A stretch of DNA of 64,000 nucleotides from Octopus sinensis (taxonomy: Eukaryota), in assembly GCF_006345805.1 (NCBI RefSeq), contig NW_021834173.1, forward strand, positions 1 to 64,000. The letters run 5' to 3'. The stretch's first letter is position 1; each line of letters opens with the position of its first letter. The position numbers and the translations under genes are program-made. Positions 51,460 to 63,136 of this stretch are shown one piece after another. The notes under the pieces are model-generated. The model was not told where the DNA came from, did not search any database, and saw only the letters and a list, made by a program, of their open reading frames with translations.

Positions 51460-51710
51460 ACTTTTCTACTCTAGGCACAATGCCCGAAATTTTGGGGGAG
51501 GGGGCCAGTCAATTAGATCGACACCAGTATGCAACTGGTACTTATTTCAGACCCCAAAAGGATGAAAGGCAAAGTCAACCTTTGTGGAATTTGAACTCAG
51601 GACAAAATACCGCTAAGCATTTTGCCTGGCGTGCTAATGCTTCTGCCAGCTCACCACCTTAAATATTATCTTTTCTACTCTAGGCACAAGGCCCAAAATT
51701 TTGGGGGAAG
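51460..51710 (-). mobile_element. SINE family B plus duplicated tail
   Basis: cttttctactctaggcacaa occurs twice; core ggatgaaaggcaaagtcaacc. Confidence 0.85.
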
Positions 51711-52257
51711 TCCATACCAACCCTAAACCAATTACAGCTCTTCCACATAGGTAACCTCCAGTTCCCTCTATCTAGCTGCTACAACTCCTTCACATACAAT
51801 TCCTCAACTTGCTTTGGAACAATCTACCGAATATCATGACAAGGAACAAACTGAAATCATATTTTACAAAGTGTGAAGAAAACTAAAAAAAAAAAGATGC
51901 TCTAACTGGTTCTAATAAGAAATCAAATCAAGGTTTTCATAATTCCATTCCCTGCACAGCTTCCACCACCCCGGACACTGAAGTGTCCAAAATAATTATG
52001 GATTTAATTATAATGAAGGCAGAAGTGTACAAAAATATATACAATCACCCCATTTACACTCTAAAAAATAATCAGCATCATAAAAAAATCAGAAATAAAT
52101 TCTAACACAATGCAGCAACGCCATACATGGTCGGAATAAAACTCAACATTGAATGACTAAACAAGGAAACTGACAAATAAATATCATATATGAATAAACA
52201 AACTGTAGAAAGACAAAACTGGTAAATATTTATATCGAATCACGAAAATAACATTAA

Positions 52258-52742
52258 CCCTTAAGCATTTAAACTGACCACATCTGGTCAAAGTGGGGGT
52301 GCGTGGCTTAGTGGTTAGGGTGTCAGCATCATGATCGTAAGATTGTGGTTTCGATTCCTGGACCGGGCAACGCGTTATGTTCTTGAGCAAAACACTTCAT
52401 TTCACGTTGCTCCAGTTCACTCAGCTGGCAAAAATGAGTAACGCTACAATGGATTGGTGTCCCGTCCAGCTGGGGAACACATACGCCATAGAAACCGGGA
52501 AAACCGGGCCCATGAGCCTGGCTAGGCTTTAAAAGGGCGCATTTATTTTATTATTATATCTGGCCAAAATATCTTACTGGTTTTATGTTCAAACTGGCCA
52601 GATCTGGCTTCACACATCTACCTTGCAATGTGGCTCTTAAAATAAACAATCCCATCGTTGAAATCTCAAAGCTATGAGATAATGCATGATTAATTCAAAA
52701 CAACGTGAATAAATAAGGATATTTGACAGAGTAATCTGTTAA
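52258..52742 (+). mobile_element. piggyBac-type MITE interrupted by SINE C
   Basis: ttaa-cccttaagcatttaaac; interior (ttcaaactggccagatc..aaatctcaaagctatgagat) shared with 18641-19338. Confidence 0.7.
52293..52555 (+). mobile_element. SINE family C
   Basis: Near-identical to 50758-51019; approximate TSD acatctggtcaaa / atatctggccaaa. Confidence 0.92.
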
Positions 52743-52784
52743 ACCATTGCATAGAGAAATTAGTAGCAACAACATCAACAACAA

Positions 52785-52938
52785 GACCCCAGGACTTATT
52801 CTTTGTAAGCCTAGTACTTGTTCTATCAGTCTCTTTCACTGAACTGCTGAGTTACAGGGATGTAAACACACCAGCATCAGTTGTCAAGCGATGTTGGGGG
52901 GACAAACACAGACAACACACACGCACATATATATATAT

Positions 52939-53000
<62 letters not shown>

Positions 53001-53171
53001 AATATATACGACGGGCTTCTTTCAGTTTCCGTCTACCAAATCCACTCACAAGGCTTTGGTCGACCCAAGGCTATAGTAGAAGACACTTGCTCAAGGTGCC
53101 ACACAGTGGGACTGAACCTGGAACCATGTGGTTGGTAAGCAAGGTACTTACCACACAGCCTCTCCTACGCC
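52785..53171 (-). mobile_element. SINE family A lacking its 3' tail
   Basis: gaccccaggacttattctttgtaagcc...accacacagcctctcctacgcc. Confidence 0.9.
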
Positions 53172-53369
53172 TAAATAGGTAATCTCATATAGATACGTTT
53201 CTCAACATCAATGAAACTTCAATTACATTTTCTGCTATACATGCACACACTGCACCCCCTTAAGAAATACGAAGAAATTCTGGCAAGCAAAGAGACTGTT
53301 ATAATGCAAAGCCTATGTAGTGCACACAACACTTCCAGAATTTGACATTTCTTGGATGGAATATCACAG

Positions 53370-53508
53370 GGTGCTCTCCTCTCAGCCCATCTGTTCAGCT
53401 TATGCTTTTGATTTCCTTACACCTCAAAACATTCAGGTGCTCTTCTCTCAGCCCATCTGTTCAGCTTATGCTTTTGATTTCCCTACACCTCAAAACATTC
53501 AGGTGCTC
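53370..53508. repeat. 66-bp tandem duplication
   Basis: gtgctc starts at 53371, 53437 and 53503. Confidence 0.9.
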
Positions 53509-53899
53509 CTCATAGTCAAACACCATTCTCTACTGCAAAACTATTCCAAGCCTAAGTTAGAACACCCAGTAACCACGGATCTGCAACAGCAGACTTAAAG
53601 TAGCATCTACCAAATCTACTATTTACATCTATTAACAGCAACATAAGCCAACCATAAAACTCCACAAACAACATATCACACACAGACAGCAAAAAACTAA
53701 CAATCAACACCACCACAAAATTCACAACAGCACAACTGATGCGCAAACCTGCTAAGGGTAGTCACAGGTATCACAATTGAACAGCAGAAAGAAATAACAA
53801 CATAGGGGTATAAACAATAACACGTAGATCTATCATGGTGTATGGCAGTCCTGATGGAGACATAATTTCTTCACTGTACACCACAATAAACTACAGAGA

Positions 53900-54370
53900 A
53901 CATGCCTACACAACACATCATAACATGTTGTACATAATCCACACCCACAAAATACACTACACACCATAATGGGTTGCAAAGAGTGCACACCCACACAGCA
54001 GGTTCTAAACAGTTCACACCCACAAACTGCACAACATATCATAACATGTAGTAAACAGGCCACACCCACAAACCACAGATCATAACAGCCCACATCCACA
54101 AACCATATTACACATCATAAGAGGTTGCAAACAGGCCACACCCACAAACTGCTCTACACATCATAACAGGTTGTACACAGTCCACACACATACAAAACAC
54201 ACATCATAAGAGGTTGCAAACATGCCACACCAACAAAATGCACTACACATCATAACGGGTTGTACACAGTCCACACCCCAAAACACACTATACATCATAA
54301 CATGTAAGCAGGTCACACCCACCACTCATACTATACATCATAAGAGGTTGTACACAGTCCGCACCCTGAA
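53900..54370. repeat. Degenerate ~40-45-bp minisatellite (acatcataa.aggttgtacacagtccacacccacaaa)
   Basis: About 10 copies of catcataa with a conserved downstream motif. Confidence 0.8.
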
Positions 54371-54858
54371 ACTAGACAATACAACAAAATAAAAATACTA
54401 AATATGAAAGATTTCTAGAAATATGAAGGAACCCCAAAAATCCTTAACACCATATGATAAACCACAACCACAAACACAGATACAATAATCTCAGAGTACT
54501 ATTGCCAATAAACCTCACTAGTTTTTAACTGGGATGTACATGACCCTACTGGCAAATACAGCAACTGTCATGCAATGACCGAGCCTACCTTGTCCATCTT
54601 GATGTGGCCAATGTAAGAACAGCATACAAAAATGTATCAGCACTTGAGATACACTAATATATCTACACTGTGACATTGTAGCCTATACAGTTTATCAATA
54701 GATGCCAAATTGTCCTGTATGGCCCACTGCTATGTAGAGACTTGGTGAAAGCAGGCTAGGTGGAGCTGTGGGCCACATCATGTCATTCAGTTGCTCACCT
54801 GTGTGCCACAGGTAAGCTTACTTTGAGGATGAATTTTACAACAAGATTTGACCTGGAG

Positions 54859-54980
54859 CAGTAGTTCCCAACTGGTGTCCATAAGGTCCTTGGGGGCCCA
54901 TATAAGATTTTGTGGTTAAAATTGATGTACAATAAATAGGTTATACTTCTACAATACACAAAATATTAAAATTTTTTTTA
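54859..54980. mobile_element. Truncated hAT MITE (family of 62501-62748)
   Basis: cagtagttccca..gggggcccatataagattt..ttaaaatt. Confidence 0.6.
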
Positions 54981-54981
54981 T

Positions 54982-55142
54982 AGGCATCGTTGTGTGGTAA
55001 GAAGCTTGCTTCCCAACCACATGATTCTGTGTTCAGTCCCACTGCGTGACACCTTGAGCAAGTGTCTTCTACTATAGCCTCGGGCCAACCAAAGCCTTGT
55101 GAGTGGAATTGGTAGACGGAAACTGAAGGAAACCCACCACGT
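54982..55142 (+). mobile_element. SINE family A head
   Basis: gtgtggtaagaagcttgcttcccaaccac..ggtagacggaaactgaag. Confidence 0.88.
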
Positions 55143-55374
55143 ATGTATATATATATATATATATATGTATGTACATGTGTTTACCTGTTTGCATGTGTGA
55201 GTGTGTCTTTATATGAACGTATGTACGTGTTTGTATGTGTGAGTGTGTCTATGTAAACATGTATATGTGTGTGTGTATTTCATCATGAGATAACTTCATT
55301 GCATGAATAAATTTAAAAAAAAATTTTTCTCATTAGCTTATAAATAAATTATTAGTGTTTTTTTCTTTTTTCTT

Positions 55375-55592
55375 ACCAGCCTCCCCTCTCCACGACACCA
55401 GTGTTATCCAAGGGAAAGGCAAAGGGGCCAATGGCACCTGTGACTTCGCAACTCATTTCTACAGCTGAGTGAACTGGAGCAATGTGAAATAAAGTGTCTT
55501 GCTCAAGAACAGAACACACAGCCCAGTCTGGGAATCGAACTCACAACCCCATGATCATAAGCCCAATGCTGTAACCACTGAGCCATGCACCA
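55375..55592 (-). mobile_element. SINE family C-related
   Basis: cagctgagtgaactggagcaatgtgaaataaagtgtcttgctcaagaac..gggaatcgaactc..taaccactgagcca. Confidence 0.8.
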
Positions 55593-56167
55593 TTACCCTT
55601 TTACCCAATGTGGAGTAAGGTGCTAACAATGCATGGCTTAGTCTAAAATCACTGTCTTATCCTTAAGTAATTCTATAAGAGTTTCACTATTCCAAGAGGT
55701 TCAGATCTTGCTTACCGTTTCCAGTCATGTTTATTCCTGCAGGCAGTATTTTATCATGCACATCAATCACATAACTCAAACATTCTTACTATGACTAATA
55801 TTTAAATAGATAGAAAGAAACAAAAAAAAAAAAACCCCAACAAAAACACACACACACACAAAATATTATTGGGTTTATAGTAGTTTAGCTTCTTGCATTC
55901 AGTAGTTGCAAAAAATTGGCTCAGTTAATGCCATTATTTCTACAAATCATGCCTTATGTCCTAGTCTGTCTTCACTCATTCTGAAAACTAACACATTTCG
56001 AAAAATGCTGCTGTCTCCTGTGTGCTCACACAATGTTTAGATTTATAGAACCCATCTGTTACCAGACAACACAAAAGGTCAACAGTAAATTCTATGTCAG
56101 TGTTACTTAAACAACCAGGAACCAACAATACCTTGACAAGAATCACTCCCACACTCACACTATATAT

Positions 56168-56203
<36 letters not shown>

Positions 56204-56225
56204 CATACATATTCATGTATATATA

Positions 56226-56426
56226 TTTTCTTTTTCTTTTACTTGTTTCAGTCGTTTGACTGTGGCCATGCTGGAGCATCGCCTTTAGTCGAGCAAATTG
56301 ACCCCAGGACTTATTCTTTGTAAGCCCAGTACTTATTCTATCGGTCTCTTTTTGCCGAACCGCTAAGTGACAGGGATGTAAACACACCAGCATCAGTTGT
56401 CAAGCAATACTAGGGGACAAACACAG

Positions 56427-56475
<49 letters not shown>

Positions 56476-56636
56476 ACAGGCTTCTTTCAGTTTCCGTCTA
56501 CCAAATCCACTGACAAGGCATTGGTCGGCCCGGGGCTATAGCAGAAGACACTTGCCCAAGATGCCACGCAGTGGGACTGAACCCGGAACCATGTGGTTGG
56601 TTAGCAAGCTACTTACCACACAGCCACTCCTGCGCC
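56226..56636 (-). mobile_element. SINE family A, full length, low divergence
   Basis: cttttacttgtttcagtc ... cacagccactcctgcgcc; sits within TA repeats. Confidence 0.93.
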
Positions 56637-56943
56637 TATATATATATGTACATAATTGGGATAAAGTCAGTAATTAATGATTTATCAGTGGCCAGCATGC
56701 AAAAAAGACCATATGGGTCAAATGAATATTAAAAGTATAATCATAAAAATATGATTATATAAAGGTGCTGTCCCTCCAATACCCTTTACCATAATTATAT
56801 TTTTTAATTATACTTTATATATATATATATATATATGATAGGCACAAGCATATTTATGTCATTAAGAAGCTTGTTTCCTAATCATGCCGTTTCATGTTCA
56901 CTCCAACTGTGTGATATCCAGGGTAGGTGTCTTCTACAAAATT

Positions 56944-56976
<33 letters not shown>

Positions 56977-57258
56977 GGCTGTTTGTGTGGACATGTTCAT
57001 ATGTGCATCTTCATTATCGTCATTCAGTTTTATTTCCCATGGGTAAAACACCCACAAACATCAAAATGTTATTACATATCATTGGCCTTAACTTGGAGTT
57101 AAATATAAAACAATAAAGTCGATAATGACGATGGTGATGATGATGATGACAATGACGACGATGGTTGTGGTGGAGGGTGGGGGTGGCAATGACAAATTCA
57201 TGGTATTGATAAAAAAGGCAAGCAGACACGTAGGTATATAGGCTAGTAAGATATATCA

Positions 57259-57468
57259 GTGTGCTGAAAAGTTCCTGTCTTTGAGGGTTTCATGAAAGGC
57301 CTGGTTGGAAGCCTTCTTGTACTTTTACAGGGCTTAGAAAGTCTGAAAGACCTCTGCAATAAGTGTGTGAATCTGAGAGGGAAATATCTCAACTAAAATC
57401 ATAATCAACTGATTCTCCTGTATTTTCTTTTTTACCCAATGCCAGGAAATTTTCAAAACCCCCTTACA
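57259..57468 (+). mobile_element. Mariner derivative family M1, second copy
   Basis: gctgaaaagttcctg..ttttacagggcttagaaa..gcaataagtgtgtgaatctgagaggg..gccaggaaattttcaaaaccccc. Confidence 0.8.
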
Positions 57469-57533
57469 TATATTTTATATTTTTTATATTTTATCTAGTT
57501 TCAGCTCACGAGCTGTGGCCATGCTGGGGCATA

Positions 57534-58037
57534 TCTATATATATAAAACTCTAGTTGTGTGAGTGTCTGTCCCCTTCGATTTAGATTCCTAACTCCTCCC
57601 ACATTTTGCGGTGCAGTTTAACCAAATTCGGGTATCTTATAGTCGTGATTCATATCGAGCCCGTCTGGCTATTAGCGCGCGTCAACGATGAGTCTACGAT
57701 TTTAAAAATAATTTAACATCATTTTTTATTCCATTTTAATGCATAATTTTTCGTGTGTCGATGGCGGCGGAGTTGGCGTCCACGCTCACAGCTGCACCTG
57801 TTTGCTTCTCCCCCTTCCCTCCCTCGTGAAGCTGTGGGGAAGGGAGTGTAAAGAAATCAACGTCGTAATGCGTTGTGAAGGAAACCAGCGTTCTTTTAGA
57901 ACAACGACTTCATGGCTTGAAGATACCAAAACAAAAATGGCTAAGAAAGCTTGAATTTATAAGGGAAGTAACTCTCTAAAGATGCTTATATAGTTATTTT
58001 CCTTACAAACCCGAGCAACGCCGGGCGATACTGCTAG
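57534..58037 (+). mobile_element. Non-autonomous Helitron, CpG-rich
   Basis: A|TCtatatatataaaac start; cccgagcaacgccggg hairpin about 8 bp before CTAG|T; no TSD. Confidence 0.88.
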
Positions 58038-58056
58038 TATATATATAAATATATAA

Positions 58057-58089
<33 letters not shown>

Positions 58090-58279
58090 GTATTAAGATG
58101 ACATTGCCAAAAAGTTGAAATAAGCTGCCAGATGAAAACACATCTTGTTCTTGTTCTTATAAAGTTCTTGTAATAAATTTAAGCCTATTTTTTTTCAGTA
58201 ATTTAATATTTCCATCAGTAAATATTCTTCCATTGTTATTCTTATGATCTAAAATAACTACAAGTTAACATTTTGATTG

Positions 58280-58405
58280 CCAACCATAATGTCCTGGGTT
58301 CAGTCCCACTACATGGCACCTTGGACAATAGTCTTCTATTGTATCCCTAAGTCAACCAAAGCCTTTTGAGTGGATTTGATAGATGGAAACTGAAAGAAGC
58401 CCACC
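58280..58405 (+). mobile_element. SINE family A head fragment
   Basis: ctgggttcagtcccactacatggcaccttgg..gaaactgaaagaagccc. Confidence 0.8.
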
Positions 58406-58656
58406 ATATATATATATATATAAATAAATATATGTATGTATATATTCTATAGAAAATAAAAATTGTCAAACACAGGATGGCTGCTCAAGAATTCCTTTAT
58501 TTTCTTTAGAAAACAGAGATACTTCGTGCTTCTAAGCTTGTTTACAAAATGTTCTCACACACATACAAACATGACTGGTTATAGAGTGACCATTGGTTTC
58601 GCACCTACAGAATACTTAGACATATAAGCAGACTGAAATGGCTGATAAAGATATAT

Positions 58657-58842
58657 ATCATCATCATCATCATCATTATCATCCTTTAACGTCCGCCTTC
58701 CATGCTAGCATGGGTTGGACGATTTTGACTGAGGGCTGGCGAACCAGACAGCTGCACCAGGCTCCAGTCTTGATCTGGCAGAGTTTCTACAGCTGGATGC
58801 CCTTCCTAACGCCAACCACTCTGAGAGTGTAGTGGGTGCTTT
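58657..58842 (-). mobile_element. Family D retroposon tail
   Basis: (CAT)n tttaacgtccgccttccatgctagcatgggttggac...gagtgtagtgggtgcttt. Confidence 0.88.
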
Positions 58843-59550
58843 ATATATATATATATATATGGGTGCTTTATATATATATATATATACACACACACATATG
58901 CATGAATGTATATATCTATGAGTGTCTGTCTTTGTGTTTGTACCCCACGATGGTCATGCAACTGGTGTTGGTTTCTTTACATCCCTGTAAATTTGTGGTT
59001 CAGCATAAGATGACCAATAGAAAAAGTACCAGACATAACAGAAAAAAGTACTGAAGTTGAATTGTTTGACTAAGATTCTTCAAGGCAATTCTACAGTATG
59101 GCTGCAATCCAATGATTGAAGCAAGTACAAGATAAAGACTAACAGATGAAAGAGAAAAAGAGAGTATCATGTAACTGTTTAGGTGATAAACAGTAGACAC
59201 TGCTTCTGCTCATTTGCATATCAGTACATTCATTGATGATGTGCATTAGTTAATTAAAACAGTGAGACAGTATCTGTAGATAAAATTGTAAATATTCTTA
59301 ATGTGATTGTAGAACAACTATTAGTTTCTTAGTTGCACCAAAGATGCATACACACACACACACACACACATGAACACACACATACACACACACACATACA
59401 TATGCAAACACACGAACGCACCCTGCCCCTCATTTATCTACAGGGGCTGGGTCTATTAACAGCAAGGCCAGATGTGAGGTTATTAAACACACACATGTAA
59501 AATTTTTATTTACTACTTAATTAACAAGCATACTGCATCAGTATGCAGTA

Positions 59551-59591
<41 letters not shown>

Positions 59592-59822
59592 CAGGCAGAC
59601 AAAGTGAGCAAGAGAGAGAAGCAAATTGAGAGTGGTGAGCTAATGATAAGTATAGTACATGGCACAAGACCAGAATATGGTAAATAGTGGTGGAGGTGGT
59701 GGCGGAGAGTGTTTTAAATTATCTACTGAATCACAGTGTCAGTGTTCTATACATATAAGATAAACATGTTTGCATACACATACATGCGTACATGGGTATG
59801 CATACTATGCGTACAAGTGTGC

Positions 59823-59873
<51 letters not shown>

Positions 59874-60099
59874 TAAGCACGTTTTACATATACATATATG
59901 CACATATGTGCATAGAAACATACGTATTTATATATTCTTACACACACGTACACTAATATATACACAAAGATATGCGCACATGCTGGCACACCACTGCTTA
60001 TGGTGAGCATTCCAGTTGACCCGATCAACAGAACAGCCTGCTCATGAAATTAAAAGTACAAGTGGCTGAGAACTGCACAGACATGTGTAACCTTTAATA

Positions 60100-60154
60100 C
60101 CAAAGCCTTGTGAGTGGATTTGGTAGACGGAAAGTGAAAGAAGCCCATATATAC

Positions 60155-60186
<32 letters not shown>

Positions 60187-60403
60187 ATGTTTGTGTGTTT
60201 GTGTTTGTTCCCCCAACATTGTTCGCTTGACAACTGATGCTGGTGTGTTTACGTCCTCTTAACTTAGCGGTTCGGCAAAAGAGACTGTTAGAATAAGTAC
60301 TAGGCTTACAAAAAATAAGTCCTGGGGTCGATTTGCTTGACTAAAGGCGGTGCTCCAGCATGGCTGCAGTCAAATGACTGAAAGAAGTAAAAGAGTAAAA
60401 GAG
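60100..60403 (+). mobile_element. SINE family A, 5'-truncated
   Basis: ccaaagccttgtgagtgg...gtaaaagagtaaaagag. Confidence 0.9.
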
Positions 60404-60409
60404 TATGTG

Positions 60410-60589
60410 TAAGTTGAACTGTGTAAAATGCTGGAGAAAGAAACCCAGCTGTTTGTTGCAATAAATAGATCCAAACAAAAATTGGACCCTTAAAATACAA
60501 CGGTAGATCTGCAGTTTATTATTTTGCTTGAATGAAAACCCTTCACCCACCCCACCGAGTCTTACATGGAACCTAGTTGAGAACCACTG
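60410..60589. mobile_element. hAT MITE end fragment
   Basis: gttgaact.tgtaaaatg...gttgagaaccactg; matches 35700-35904. Confidence 0.65.
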
Positions 60590-60721
60590 CACTATCCTAT
60601 AGTTTTTAAAACTAAGTCACTTTAATGCTACAAGAAAAATTCTTAAGAACTTCAAAAATTTTTCTAATCACTCAGGTGAATAACCAGATGTACAAAACGA
60701 GGACTCTGCAGATGTAAGACA

Positions 60722-60945
60722 CTAATTACAACAGCAAAACACCACATTACTCAAGTTACAGGTGCAATACTCTGTGCACAGGTATTTTATTCCAATTACA
60801 GGTGTAAAACATTGTACAGCAATATGAGTCGCTAATGAAAAGGTGAAACGCTCCATATATAGGTGGGAAACATTAATTACAGGTCTAATACCTTATCACA
60901 CTAATTACAGGTGAAATATCTTATTACACTAATTACAGGTTTAAG
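60722..60945 (+). repeat. Degenerate 28-bp repeat with conserved TAATTACAGGT(G) core
   Basis: Cores at ~60873, 60901 and 60929 (period 28); variants at 60722, 60754 and 60792. Confidence 0.7.
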
Positions 60946-61568
60946 ACACTCTTCAAGACTTTATTTTTTTTTTGTTATGACATCTACTGTATTGCTATTG
61001 TTTACCTGTGCCACTTCTGCAGTCTCCTACTTGGTGAGCCAATGTGGAGTGTTTGCATGGTCACTCAACCTGCTAGAAGATTAGCCATTAAGAGCCACTT
61101 TCTGAGTTGTCACTTGAACTGCCAGAAACAACAGCCAAATCAACATCAAACCACTGACTAATATTATCATCTTCATCATCATAATCATTTTAATGTTCAC
61201 TTTTACATGCTTGCATGAGTTGGATGGAGTTAACTGAGGAAGATTTTCTACAGCCGGATGCTCTTCCTGTGGCCAACCCTCACTTGCTTCCAAGCAAGGT
61301 AATATTTCCTTGTGGCCAGATGTGAAAACGAATGACACTGCTTGTAAGACAGTGACAGTCATTTCACAACTACCACATGATGTCAAGATAAGGATACACA
61401 AACAGGAAGACAGTCACACACATATCCATATCTACATACATGTATGTGTGTATACAAGTAAGCATATAGATGCAAAACAAGGTGGTAAAAATAGTACTCG
61501 AATACCAAAGGTAGAGTAATATTCTGTTTTATTAAAGCTGAAGAAAAAAAACCTTCACAAAGAACCTT

Positions 61569-61735
61569 CAGGAGTGGCTGTGTGGTAAGTAGCTTGCTTA
61601 CCAACCACATGGTTCTGGGTTCAGTCCCACTGTGTGGCACCTTGGGCAAGTGTCTTCTACTATTGCCTCAGGCCAACCAAAGCCTTGTGAGTGGATTTGG
61701 TAGACAGAAACTGAAAGAAGCCCATTGCATATATG

Positions 61736-61768
<33 letters not shown>

Positions 61769-61966
61769 TTGTGTGTCTGTGTTTGTCAGCCCAACATCGC
61801 TTGACAACCGATGCTGGTGTGTTTACGTCCCTGTCACTTAGCAGTTCGGTAAGAGAGACCGATAGAATAAGTACTAGGCTTACAAAGTCTTGGGGTTGAT
61901 TTGCTCAACTAAAGGCGGTGCTCCAGCATGGCCACAGTCAAATGACTGAAACAAATAAAAGAAAAG
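61569..61966 (+). mobile_element. SINE family A, near full length
   Basis: caggagtggctgtgtggtaagtagcttgc ... aatgactgaaacaaataaaag. Confidence 0.93.
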
Positions 61967-62500
61967 AAAAAAGGATAAAATGTTACTCAGTTGTGTATTA
62001 TTACAATTGTCTATGACTGGTCATGTGAAACTCTGTGCTTGAATGACCAAGTGAAACTCTAAGTAGCATCTATAACAGATGCTATCTATAATAGAAGATA
62101 TTTGCCCAGAGTGTCATGTGGTGGAACTGAACCCAGAACCATGTGGTCAGGAAATAAACTTTCTAACCAGACAGCCACACCTGTGGTTGACTTTTTATAA
62201 GTAAAAGGCTGTGAAGTGTATTTGAGATTTGACAACCCAGAGTATAATTAGTCACATGACAAGTAACATGTGATATGGTATATTTGTTTGTTAATTTTGT
62301 TGATTGTGGTAAAATGAATGTTTTTGATTAACAAAAGAAAAGCTGTTACAGATACAGATAAATCAACAGAATGAAGTTTGAACTGATGAAATTGCTTCAG
62401 AATCCAATGTTGAGAATTCCACATTTGTGGCTAAAAAAAATGTACATGAAAAAAGTTCTAAGTACCATCAGTATTATAGCAATAGTTCTTTGGACTGGAA

Positions 62501-62748
62501 GAGTGGTTCATAAAAAGGGTCTGAATGGCCCTTGGGGGTTCATATAAGATTCTGTCGTTAAAATTCATCTCCAATAAATTGAGTATATTTCTATAATATA
62601 TATTTTAACAATTTTTTTTTATACAATTCCTAACAATATTTAATTATAAAAATATAGATTTTTTAAAACATAGAATGACTAGGAGGGTTCACCCAAGTAA
62701 AATAGGTAACAAAAGGGTCCATAGGTAAAAAATGGTTGAGAACCACAG
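62501..62748. mobile_element. hAT MITE inserted in the fossil transposase
   Basis: gagtggttc / gaaccacag ends; 8-bp TSD gactggaa / aactggaa. Confidence 0.8.
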
Positions 62749-62924
62749 AACTGGAACTAGGTTTTGTATATATTCTAGTAATGTAAGAAATTCTTGTCTC
62801 CAGTGTTTTGTTTGTAGTCATGTTCTTGCAAATAAGTGTATGATGCCAAATAAATTGATGCACCATTGTATCTTCAAACATTAAATAGAGAATACGCCAA
62901 GGAATTTTTGGTATAATCGCTGAT

Positions 62925-63136
62925 TTCAAATTTTGGCACAAGGCCTGCAATCTTTTTGGGTGGGGTAAGTTGATTATATCAAATCTCAATGCTCAACTGA
63001 TGCATTTTTATTGATCCCGAAAGGATGAAAGGCAAAGTTGACCTCAGCAGAATTTGAACACGAAATGTAGAGACAGATGTAATGCTGCTAAGAACTTTGA
63101 TCAGCATGCTAACAATTCTGCCAGTTCACCATCTTA
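62925..63136 (-). mobile_element. SINE family B inserted in the fossil transposase
   Basis: ttttggcacaaggcc...gatcccgaaaggatgaaaggcaaagttgacctc...ctgccagttcacc. Confidence 0.85.

Larger units (their letters stand above)
53200..54720 (+). mobile_element. Decayed non-LTR retrotransposon RT region (same family as 21660-23240)
   Basis: GISQGALLSAHLFSL..DFPTPQNIQVL resembles the RT GVPQG..LSP.LF motif, followed by KLFQA*..RLKVASTKS. Extent approximate. Confidence 0.65.
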
